Shown one piece after another: positions 42,401-49,136 of a stretch of 64,000 nucleotides of DNA; position 1 is the stretch's first letter; the number at the start of each line of letters is the position of its first letter. This stretch comes from Candidatus Obscuribacterales bacterium. GTDB lineage: Bacteria > Cyanobacteriota > Vampirovibrionia > Obscuribacterales > Obscuribacteraceae. The stretch is from the NCBI GenBank assembly GCA_965228855.1, contig CBDDIJ010000003.1:2944001-3008000 (forward strand), given 5' to 3'. The notes below the pieces were generated by a model that made no database searches, was not told the DNA's origin, and worked only from the letters and a program-made list of their open reading frames with translations. The position numbers and the translations under genes are program-made.

Positions 42401-45400
42401 AGCTATCAACATCAACACAGACGTAGCCACTCTGGCAGCAGCATCTACCGGTTCTCTTACGATAGCCGAACTAAACAACATCACGTTGAACGCGATCACT
42501 GCATCCTCCGTAGACGTCACAGCTGGAAACGGCATCGCGCATGGCACGGGCGTCATCGCATCAGGCTCTGTAAACCTTTCAGCTCTTGGCGGTGACATCG
42601 GAGCCTCCGGTAACGCGATCTTGATCAACAATTCCGGCAACCCTGTGGCGCTCACAGCGGATGCCACCGGAGACATCTTCATAACCATCCTTGGAAACAG
42701 CGCCGTCTCGCTGGGCGCAACAACCGGTGACGATATCACTTTGAACTCGAGCGGACCGATAACCACCACCGGCGATATCACAGCCACCGGAACGTTGGAT
42801 ATCACGACGAACTCCCTGACATATCCAAACAACCTGACTGGTGACGTCATAAACGTGCGTAGCCAACCTGGTTCAGGACTGGTTCTTGACGGCGGCGCCG
42901 GCGGCACGATGACGGCTCCGAACGGCATCAATCTAGCTGCCACCTTCGGCAACCTGACTCTGAGCGGAGTTCAAGATTGGTTCGGAGTAACAACACTCAC
43001 CGCTATAAACGCACCCGGATCACAAATCATCATCAGTTCCGGTGCCGATATCGAGGGACACGATGAAGTCGTCATCATAAGCAACGGCATCGACTATCAG
43101 GGCGGCAGTCTCGTCGGCAACCCGATCACGATTCAGAACGACTACTTCACCTTCGCTAACAGTGTCGGCGATATAAATCTGTCGACGGATCTGGTATTCG
43201 CTGGTCAGAACCTAGCCATAATCGCAGCCGGCAACATCAACATAACAGGCACGGTGACTCTACTCAACCTGTCCGACGTCGGTAACTCAGGCGACCTCTT
43301 CCTCGTAGCCGGATACAATTTCACTCCGGGCACAGGCGGACAAGTGATCAGCCCGGTTCAGTTCACCCTGGACGGAGATCAATCGGTCAGCGGAGGTAGT
43401 ATCAACCTCGGTGCCGCAGCCATCAATTTGAGTTCGGTGAACGGAAGTGGCGGAAACCTGACTGCCATCGCGACCAGTGGTAGCACCAACGCTGGATCCA
43501 TCACTCTCGGCGCTATTGATGCGTCCTCGACAAATGGAGCGGGCGGCAACGTCCAGATAATCGGCGAAGGCGGCGTGAACGTCGGCAGCATCAACGCCAT
43601 CGGCGGCACCTCCACAGGAACTGTTGAGTTGGCAGTCGCAGCCTCCACTATCGTCGGTGGAGACATCCTGGTAGCTGACGGCACTGTCACTGGTGGTTCG
43701 TTCCAGGCCGGTGCACTGACATCTGGCAACGTGGTTTTCGGCAATATCGACGGTTCAACGGTCACTCTCAGAGGAGCATCAGCAGCTGCCAATTCGATAT
43801 CTCAAACGGCAGCCACGGCTCTCAGCGCTACATCTCTGAACATCTTCTCCGGCGCCGGTAACGTGAATCTCGCGTTAACCAGCGTGCCCGTGTTGAACGT
43901 GAGCGGTGGTGGAAGCGTTATCGTAAACAACAACACAGCGGTCACGCTGGGAACGCTCACGGGTTCCGCCCTCAACCTCAGCCTCAGTTCAGCAGGCGTA
44001 ATCACGGTTCCGACTGCAGTCAGCGGAATCGGCGGACTGACTCTGTCTGGTACAGCTGGAGTCGGTCTCGACGCTATCACGCTCGGTGGCAACGTTTCCA
44101 CAACCACGACAATCTCTCTGACAGCCAATGGCGGAGCCGATTTGACGCTTGCAAATCGCACTTTGACGTCGTCAAACGTTACACTGGCTAGCACCGCAGG
44201 TGATGTCAATGTTGCAAACACCGGCATCATAAATGCTAGCGGTACTGCCACCGTCGACGCTTTCGACAGTTTCGCCGTGGCAGGCACAATCACGGCTGGC
44301 TCGGTCGTACTGACTTCGGGCGATGACATAGTCACCGGCGATATCACAGGCTCAATCACCGCTCCCAACGGCACTTTCCTCACATCCACAAACGGTGGAA
44401 TCGGTGTCGATGCGAACAATCGATTCATAACAAACTCCACGAATCTGCTTCTGAGAGCAGGAGGTGGTGACGTGTTCGTTCAAAACTTGAGCACCGCAGG
44501 TGTTAACGTCACTGACGTAAGCGCGACGGGAACGGTAGATTTGATCGTCAACGGACCAGTCATCCTGCACGATGTGGCTTCCGGCGGAGGCGACATCAAA
44601 GTAGTTCAGAACGGCATCGGCTCTCTCACCGTTGCAGCGAATGCGAACTTGAACTCGACAGAAGGTGACATCATTCTGCAGAACCTGGACATCAACAAGA
44701 AGACCGGCAAAATCATCATCGATGATGGAGCGCAGATTAAGGCGTCAGGAACAACAGCTGGAGTCGGCGAAGTGTTCATCGCCATGGGTCCTCTGCCCAT
44801 TCCTCCCTACACGGATCGCAAGAAACCACCGAAAGGCGTGACCATAACCGAGACAGGCGGCGCCGGTGTCTTCCTTGGCAAGAAAGGTATCGACACGCGG
44901 AAGGAAACCAATATCGCTCTCAACGCGCTCAACAGAGATCTGGTTTTCAGTCTCAGCGGTAAGTTGAATAAGAAAGCGATTCATGTCGGCTCGAATGTCA
45001 CCATCACGGCTGACCCACCCGGTGACATCGTTCCTACAGCCGCAGGATTGAGCGCAAGATCAAGTGCCGGATTAAACGCCGTCAGTGCGATCGCGCCGCT
45101 TACAGAGACATCAACTTCAGCCCCTGCCACTACAGCCGGTATCGGACTGAACTCCGGCATCCTATCAGCGGTCAATACAGGGGTGGTTCAAACGCTCAAC
45201 AACTCGATTACAAACAGCCTCACGTCGAGCACGTTTTCAAACGCACAAGCAGGATTGACGTCCACCGGATTGGCGACAGACGACTCAACCAAATCGTCCT
45301 CGGCTCTGTTGTCAGAGAAATCATTCACTGGCACACAGGATGCCCTATCTGCCATCTTCGGCGATGAAACCGACGAGTTCGGCTCAGTCTTGGTTGATGC

Positions 45401-46016
45401 CGTTCTGGTTTCCGAATCACTTCCAAACGCAGTAGGTCCGAACTCCGCCGCAACAAACTCAGCTACCGCGAACCCGACTTCTGCGAGAGCCAATCTCGCG
45501 CACAACCTGAGGAATGGAAGCGCTGTGTTCGTGCCGGCTCACAACATGACCGTGAAAACGCCTCATGCAAACATCTCCGTAGCTGCCGGCTCGGTCGTGC
45601 TTGTAGTGTCCTCCGAAAATGGCACTGCGGTTTACGACTTGCACGATTCGAAGAAAGAGGCAGTTCAGGTAGCATTCCATGATCAGAAATTGGCGTTGAG
45701 CCCGGGACGTCACATGACGATTTCCGCATTAGAGAAGCGTTGCTACGCAGACGCTAATCAGGCCGAGTCGATCTTCCACAGAGGCGTCGTATCCGCAAAA
45801 ACCGCTTATGGTGGCAGTTTGTTCACGTCGGAATTCGCGGTAAACACAGCTATCGATTGCGTTCCCGTACTTGCGAAGTTGATGACTTCCAATCATCCGG
45901 AATGCGCGAAAGTTGCGGCTAGATTGACCAAGACGCAGGCAGTCATCCTTTACGTTTCACAGGGCTCTGAAGAATTCCAGCAGCACCTGAAAGCGCAGGT
46001 CACCGCGATGCGCTGA
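33408..46016 (+). CDS. Giant (~4200 aa) secreted filamentous-haemagglutinin-like beta-strand repeat protein
   Basis: 12.6-kb ORF; ATG 33408 after GGAG; signal peptide KKFVILWVLASFLVSNSPAYA; G/T/S/N/A/V/I-rich repeats (GGDVTL, GNIDF); conserved C-terminal domain shared with 50515-55686. Confidence 0.88.
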   Translation: MKTTGKPSKSLHIESSGFGKKFVILWVLASFLVSNSPAYASREDRLDQVRADRHERREERLQLRAERMAERIALPSLNNQIPQIKLAPVFQNSQNSNQLNTLEQRRMERANLITAKREARATALQNRLSAVNQISNKTIQTQDSGRTRNINAGLKLDLSSAQNNIVLGQKLFSGDADSVTITVGGEEKTFTAGSKVTAAEYASILQTLNGGQTLTLDSKGTALSGKLDFETITSNGDNLKLSSLVIPEQVLAVGNFSKTSDVKLKGDLVNYGSIYAVSNRDGGTKATIATTNLHNQEGGLISSVPNSSLGTDLAQTLDLKLRADDTLSNAGKIESSGDLTLSAGNVVVNGDSRGRSSSTASAVAANNLIIDAPNVSNSGLLAAQNGNVNFTAPVDANHDGSITVNNANGTIQALNGDINFRDASASTTEKFSTTVNGGDLLSQKLNVYGGDGAVNVHSQNITGGVTVKSGTAFVSAAASDLDIDELVTTGDPVTASGGNVNVGSITTSGNPYTVIAGGDITFDPSAVVNTSNGAGAGGNVILAAGANFTTGGGVYQITGGTAAGGGIYGNSNAQIITSGTSSAGNVQLVAFTGSGGGSGTIYLPTETVTANSGAGNNNATVTAIGNFIEIAGVTATGGNATTGGVILNSFGATVSGGNVVIDGTTGAQMGVGSFQPATSTANPGDILVGPINTTGTVALSSSNNLVIRGNANARGFSATAINDIGLDGSAAITSPNGITIVAGNNVYLSPFSAPSAASLNTDAAVAGAITVIGGALFTETAGTVSVSGIRGDGGYVDFNYIDILGISANSSAGAGGNINIASYGQVSINSVAGITATGSGANANGDITLVGAEGLGVYSVFVENNIVNNAGTGGGNFVAASSTPLAVTVSKTNGSVTGTLTGGSQTAGDIFIQNVNVRGSISANGGGYLSTGTLNGTSVTLGSGRGIDVGNITASGAVTATSSDYAVFANVTATGNAFNVTATGEVSLGTTNVGSLSVASGDDIVIRSNLTSPGGIALVASRSIFTNVPNLVISTAANAGGGNVIMAAGAAWTSTATTITVTGAGIGGSIDFFGQPLDTLTTRSLTGNNNGGDVTMVAFGGNISTNTTTDIITGGTGTGSNGNVTMISNATGTALNLSGTINTTGGTTASGSVSLTTATPNTSPAVVIQRASATTSSGNFSIANPTLTNGAIQIDGTITVGSADIIAQAGFDILASATLTSATGAINLSSGVFLNAATINAGSGSIALTSTDNISLNGNLSARSGILLVSGHNVFPGSAGLSITTGGAGTSGDITMIAGAAFTQNASSVTVTGASTTGGQIDFDFNDLSGLTTASTSGDGAGGDVTLVAFTGTDNRGGVLMDPTVGSITTGGNGAGANGNVLIIAGATTGTGVLLRNVNTTGGAVTTGNVDIRTATPTTSTPVVYNKSDATLASGNFANAPVATDSSVTFDTITVASDADVRINGGDIIGTSLVGGANSVLNINSTGNVNITNAINLGTANITSTDDVTVSLSQGGSGSATISGDNVNLGNSTTGTLRVSGSFVGLNSLTAANTAVTSTSDIALNASITSPGGILLVAGQDIYSALAGINISSASASTNGGAISIIAGANFTQDLTTVTVTGASTTGGNIDFDFNNVGTISSRSTFTNGNGGAINLIAFDGTNDFSFVFTDSTTQILTGGSGTGSNGSVTVIGGGSANDVVFLGNIDTTGGNATTGNVYLAAGVPDTTPSVVLQKSNATISSGNFADVVTLNPANVTAGNITVSSDADVTLNAGALVDVGAVTGGANSVLTINAGTTTDLLSSTVGHITITSGSDVTIAGTINQGAAGSLDITSGGLTQVLQLTSGTARIASVGDLFIGGPVVITNSFVATSQGYIDLDNDITARGGIVLVAGRTISANTSNVVDLSTAGTGNSGDITLIAGAAFTQNGTTITVTGGSALGGIIDFDIQNVNSIDSRSTGGNGAGGDVTLLAFAGSDPGTGQVFTAVETVINTGGNGSGANGSFTAIGNIPTAGGFYGAAIAGPLSTAGGAVNTGDVYIAAAQIPSPVSITKADASVSSTLTGGTVTPGYVFTGDITVANGADVTLRAGGDVDTDVVTAGANSVLNINAGGASTIESSNAGTVNITAGNFVTAGTFNQGTSGVLNITAGSDLSVDQINTGNARLSANGILILLNTVTASGSVVGLGQGGITLANDITAPGGILLVSGRDIAPTVPGVVDLSTSRTGNAGDITLIAGAAYTSDATNVTITGGSATGGGIDFDFNAVNTIDTRSTGANGAGGDLTMIGFAGSFSGSGYVFTDTAGEIRTGGSGTGANGNVTVVAGNNAGFAVGLRGLVDTTGGAAGTGNVYAAAATPDTTPAVIIAKSNASITSGDFTTGAIVNGDSFVDNVIVGAGADITLFGGGFGSITDLTGGANSSILASYGGAIDTRDVSLGAGGNLSLLTNLFIRLNGDVSAPGGILMVAGTDIFSSVLAASISADSATGNAGDISLVAGATFTQNATDVTITGATATGGRIDFDAFNLAALTANSGGGNGAGGDITLVSLFGTNNTGEVFTDSTTVINAGGNGTGSNGTLTIVSAKNNGASGIFLNNSINLSGGAQGTGAITLSTSSLPGSVTLAKATGSITAGTFLGGALTNSSINGNNLTVRGGAINIRSGDSVAFNALDVSGNVNGNGGSIVVSTAGATALDLGGAFGNRINSLTAAGGSTSGNGGSISATATGAGGINISTPLNVGAIEGNGGSILLNATNGDLTFAGGTATINASAATNSATAHAGGSITLTGRNITGSNPFQLLANGVSGGNGGQISVTSTVGDINVGTGNGQFSASASGPNGVISFSATGAGGDINVLATGALSTSTVNLSSAQGTLVLNGNVTGSTAVNLTVAGANSITGTGTVSGGTLSVSAGTGATTLTTSVASLTLATNGNVTITENDDITLNAGTTGAGSLNLNATGDDITVGGNVTANGGITLTTTGAGTISGAGRLISTGLLTLNGGSGAININTDVATLAAASTGSLTIAELNNITLNAITASSVDVTAGNGIAHGTGVIASGSVNLSALGGDIGASGNAILINNSGNPVALTADATGDIFITILGNSAVSLGATTGDDITLNSSGPITTTGDITATGTLDITTNSLTYPNNLTGDVINVRSQPGSGLVLDGGAGGTMTAPNGINLAATFGNLTLSGVQDWFGVTTLTAINAPGSQIIISSGADIEGHDEVVIISNGIDYQGGSLVGNPITIQNDYFTFANSVGDINLSTDLVFAGQNLAIIAAGNINITGTVTLLNLSDVGNSGDLFLVAGYNFTPGTGGQVISPVQFTLDGDQSVSGGSINLGAAAINLSSVNGSGGNLTAIATSGSTNAGSITLGAIDASSTNGAGGNVQIIGEGGVNVGSINAIGGTSTGTVELAVAASTIVGGDILVADGTVTGGSFQAGALTSGNVVFGNIDGSTVTLRGASAAANSISQTAATALSATSLNIFSGAGNVNLALTSVPVLNVSGGGSVIVNNNTAVTLGTLTGSALNLSLSSAGVITVPTAVSGIGGLTLSGTAGVGLDAITLGGNVSTTTTISLTANGGADLTLANRTLTSSNVTLASTAGDVNVANTGIINASGTATVDAFDSFAVAGTITAGSVVLTSGDDIVTGDITGSITAPNGTFLTSTNGGIGVDANNRFITNSTNLLLRAGGGDVFVQNLSTAGVNVTDVSATGTVDLIVNGPVILHDVASGGGDIKVVQNGIGSLTVAANANLNSTEGDIILQNLDINKKTGKIIIDDGAQIKASGTTAGVGEVFIAMGPLPIPPYTDRKKPPKGVTITETGGAGVFLGKKGIDTRKETNIALNALNRDLVFSLSGKLNKKAIHVGSNVTITADPPGDIVPTAAGLSARSSAGLNAVSAIAPLTETSTSAPATTAGIGLNSGILSAVNTGVVQTLNNSITNSLTSSTFSNAQAGLTSTGLATDDSTKSSSALLSEKSFTGTQDALSAIFGDETDEFGSVLVDAVLVSESLPNAVGPNSAATNSATANPTSARANLAHNLRNGSAVFVPAHNMTVKTPHANISVAAGSVVLVVSSENGTAVYDLHDSKKEAVQVAFHDQKLALSPGRHMTISALEKRCYADANQAESIFHRGVVSAKTAYGGSLFTSEFAVNTAIDCVPVLAKLMTSNHPECAKVAARLTKTQAVILYVSQGSEEFQQHLKAQVTAMR
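35606..41500 (+). repeat. Seven large (~250-315 aa) internal repeat units in the giant protein
   Basis: Unit marker [SA][PR]xGIx[LIM]V[AS] at about 35606, 36441, 37191, 38115, 39057, 39999 and 40773, each followed by an IAGA.FT...GG.IDF...GG(D/N)VTL.AF-like stretch. Confidence 0.85.
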
Positions 46017-46095
46017 TCAGGCGACTCGCCGGAACACCCCATCTGAAAGCACAGGTTACAGCGATTCGCTTATCATGCAACTCGCCGGAACATCC
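45984..46095 (+). repeat. 56-bp imperfect tandem duplication spanning the giant gene's stop codon
   Basis: 45984-46039 versus 46040-46095: 47 of 56 positions identical by manual alignment. Confidence 0.85.
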
Positions 46096-46097
46096 AT

Positions 46098-49043
46098 CTA
46101 ATAGACGTATGTATCCAGACCTTCGCCCATCTTCATGACGGTTACCGAATCTGACCATTCGCCGACCGGCTTCTTCTCCGCGTCGAGACAACGCACTCGG
46201 ATTTCGTAGTAGGCAGTTTCTTCGAAGAACGATGGTTTGAGAACTGTGGCACCTCGGTTCAATCCGACTTGTAAAACGTGATTGACTGCCGTTTCCCGCG
46301 TGCCCATCAGATAGTTATCGAAGAAGTAATTTGGTTTTGTTACTTCGATCTCGACTGATTCTGCATTCGGAATGTTCTGACCATCAAACAGCAATACAAG
46401 CGGCTCTTTGCCAATCACATACTCACCGGTATTGAGCGGTTCCAAATCTTTCAATCCAGCAAATGGAACGATTTTGTCGGCTTTGAGCAGCTTAACATCG
46501 GATACCTCAATGGTATCCGCTTCGAACAAGCGAATAACGAACGATTTGATGGTTCCAGCCGAGAACCACTGCCAGAAGTGCGAAAGGTGTAATCGAAACT
46601 CATTGTTCTCTTTCATCTTCGGTACATTCAAAGCCATTACCGACCAGTTCTCGTAGCGGTCTTTCTTAACCGACATCGAGTTCCAACCAACAGCCATGGG
46701 GACGAGAACCCGCGGGTCCGTTTCCTTTAGTGCTCCGCGAATTTTAAATTCGATGAAATCATACTCAAGAGGTGAGATGTCGAGTTTTTCAATCTGTAAT
46801 GCAGCACCATCATCAGTATCATGCATGACAAGTCCGTTACCTCGGACTTCTGACGTACCCTTTCCGTGATACTTCCAAATGCTTTTAACTGGAGTGTCTT
46901 CGCTGGCTCTGAACGGAAGCGAGAGCGCCTCCGGCATGCCTCTTTGACCGCCAAATTTGATCGGATCGAACAAACCAGAATTTCGATTCCAAACATAAGG
47001 TCCCTTCACCTTCGGTGAATTCAAAAGCGCCTTGAATCGGTCGGTGTTTATAACTTCAAACGGACCGATGATAAAAGGCTCAAAGGTTAGCACTCGGTCC
47101 GCCATGTTAGAGGTGGTGAACGGCGGACGGAGCATGTGGTGAAACGTCGAGCCGTTGAAGTTTACGTGAGCACCTTTGTAGTCCTTAGGAATTCCGAGCA
47201 CCATGACTTTTTCGTCTTTGTTTAAACCCTCGACGAGCTTCTGAGTCTGCAGCCAAATCGATTTCAATTCGCTTCCAGCCACCAGCCAGAAGGTGTTTGT
47301 ACGGTACGAGGCCCATGTCATAGTGATGGACATGACGACGAACACCAGGGCGCTCACAAACCCGAGATTGCGATTAGCGGAAGCTGGTAGCGAATACGGT
47401 GCACCCTTTCTGGGCGGATGGAACAATAGCACCGGCCATAGTATCGAATATGCCATTGTAAACATGAACAGCAGTCGGCTGGTTTCAAGCTCCATACCGA
47501 CGCCCCAGAGCTTCGCTAGAGGGAGGATAGCAGTCGCCATCCAGATTAGTAAGAAAAGCAACCAGCGCCATGGGCGAGCTTGTGCAAGCAGACGAATAAG
47601 GACGATACAAACACAAGTGACCAGACAAATTCCTGTCACCCACTGCGGAATCATCATAGTGGTGCTGATGCTCGCCGGGTAGGGCAACATGATACGAGAG
47701 ATGTTGACCGGATCAAACCATCGCAAAATGAGATGGCGCCCAAGTGCGCCGCCCATCATGCCACCATAACCACCGATAAACTCACCAAGCACCTTGTATC
47801 TGACAAGCATATAAATGCCGCCGATAACAGCATACGGCCAGCCAAGTTTAACTGCGATCTTAAAATGCTCGAGTAATAATGCACCAATCGATTTTTTAGA
47901 ATTCGGTTGCGATGCTAACGAAAGAGGCTTTGCGGTAGGCGTGGAAGCCTCGCTATTAGCTTTAGCGCTATCAGGCGGCGTGGAAGCATCGCTTTTCGCT
48001 TTAGCGCTATCAGGTGACGTGGAAGTCTCGCTCTTAGACTTAGCACTATCAGGTGGCGTGGCGGTCGCTGCAGGGTCGGCGTTGAACGAATCCGTTCCAG
48101 ATTCATTTGTTCCAGCCTCATCCGCTCCCATCTCTTCTGAGACATTCGTAGATTCACCACCTGCGGTGCCTTGATGCTTGGATTTCTTCTTCTTTTTCTT
48201 ACCCTTTTTCACGGCTCGCTCGTAGTGAGCAACTTGTCTGGCATTCATGGGACGCTGTTGCTGTTTGAGCGCAGTGGATGTGCCGGTAGCTCCTGATGTC
48301 TCATCCGTATTCGTTGGCGTCGTTTCCCCCGACTCATCGGCGGTGGAAACCACAACCGGTTTCTTCTTGCCGTCCTGAGGATCTCCAAACTCTTCTTCCT
48401 TCGGCCAAACCATTACATATGCGCCGATAACCAACGGCAAGCCGATCGAAATTTCCTTGCTGAGAAGCGCGCAAACAAACGAGAGGAGTGAGAAGAAATA
48501 GAAGCGTTTATTGTTTCCACGCTGATAACCCTTTACGAACATCAGCAAACAAAGCAGGTAGAACGGCGCGGCAAGCAGATCCGCTCGCCCGGAAATCCAG
48601 GTCACGTCCTCGCAATGCAAAGGCGTTACGGCAAACAAAAGCGCGGAGAAGAAGGCGGTCCAGGACGAATTGAAGTCGGGCCAGGTGCGCGTCATGGTTC
48701 TGACAAGTAAGAACAGCAACCAAACGGCGCTGCCATAGAGCAGCAGGCTGGTTATGTGATACCCAAGAGCATTGGTCGCCCAGAAAAAATAATCGAACAG
48801 GAAAGTGAAACCTAGCAGTGGCCGGTAGAAACCAAAACTAGGCAGTTGCAGGTAATTACTCGTGAAGTTACGAAGAATCAGTTCAGTACGCCCATCGAAT
48901 ACTTTGTGGGCAAAATTTACCTGCCAGATGTCATCGGCAACGAAAAAGCTTCCCAGTGATGGCGCGTAACAAAACAGAATTACGCCCAGAAGCACTGAAG
49001 CCTGAAAAATGATTCGAATCTTTGCTTTATTAAGGTTTGGCAT
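46098..49043 (-). CDS. GT-C fold membrane glycosyltransferase, TMTC/protein O-mannosyltransferase-like
   Basis: LGSFFVADD, YRPL, GYH, LLFAVTPLHCEDVTWISGRADLLA and ALLSKE motifs; many TM helices; large beta-rich C-terminal domain. Confidence 0.75.
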   Translation of the reverse strand: MPNLNKAKIRIIFQASVLLGVILFCYAPSLGSFFVADDIWQVNFAHKVFDGRTELILRNFTSNYLQLPSFGFYRPLLGFTFLFDYFFWATNALGYHITSLLLYGSAVWLLFLLVRTMTRTWPDFNSSWTAFFSALLFAVTPLHCEDVTWISGRADLLAAPFYLLCLLMFVKGYQRGNNKRFYFFSLLSFVCALLSKEISIGLPLVIGAYVMVWPKEEEFGDPQDGKKKPVVVSTADESGETTPTNTDETSGATGTSTALKQQQRPMNARQVAHYERAVKKGKKKKKKSKHQGTAGGESTNVSEEMGADEAGTNESGTDSFNADPAATATPPDSAKSKSETSTSPDSAKAKSDASTPPDSAKANSEASTPTAKPLSLASQPNSKKSIGALLLEHFKIAVKLGWPYAVIGGIYMLVRYKVLGEFIGGYGGMMGGALGRHLILRWFDPVNISRIMLPYPASISTTMMIPQWVTGICLVTCVCIVLIRLLAQARPWRWLLFLLIWMATAILPLAKLWGVGMELETSRLLFMFTMAYSILWPVLLFHPPRKGAPYSLPASANRNLGFVSALVFVVMSITMTWASYRTNTFWLVAGSELKSIWLQTQKLVEGLNKDEKVMVLGIPKDYKGAHVNFNGSTFHHMLRPPFTTSNMADRVLTFEPFIIGPFEVINTDRFKALLNSPKVKGPYVWNRNSGLFDPIKFGGQRGMPEALSLPFRASEDTPVKSIWKYHGKGTSEVRGNGLVMHDTDDGAALQIEKLDISPLEYDFIEFKIRGALKETDPRVLVPMAVGWNSMSVKKDRYENWSVMALNVPKMKENNEFRLHLSHFWQWFSAGTIKSFVIRLFEADTIEVSDVKLLKADKIVPFAGLKDLEPLNTGEYVIGKEPLVLLFDGQNIPNAESVEIEVTKPNYFFDNYLMGTRETAVNHVLQVGLNRGATVLKPSFFEETAYYEIRVRCLDAEKKPVGEWSDSVTVMKMGEGLDTYVY
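47941..48057 (-). repeat. 39-bp coding tandem repeat (xPDSAKxxSxxST x3)
   Basis: gtggaagcctcgctattagctttagcgctatcaggcggc and two diverged copies. Confidence 0.85.
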
Positions 49044-49136
49044 TCAACAATGCTATTCCACGCAGAAGCGGGCTTAAGATCTCATCGCTACTAGTAGTGC
49101 GTTACCAGACATCTGGCTGTAACGGAAGGAGACCGC

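Noticed and set aside
34229..45729. Many long minus-strand ORFs (up to 358 aa) opposite the giant gene, and likewise at 51-54.6 kb
   Set aside because: Antisense shadows caused by the codon bias of the G/T/A/V-rich sense gene; their Pro/Val-rich translations carry no motifs.
45500..46016. Classical autotransporter or two-partner secretion assignment for the giant proteins
   Set aside because: The tail is too short and partly helical, lacks a terminal aromatic beta-signal, and no TpsB gene is present in the window.
45984..46095. Possible CRISPR array or DGR template/variable repeat pair
   Set aside because: Only two adjacent copies with no spacers or cas genes. Mismatches are not adenine-specific and no reverse transcriptase is in the window.
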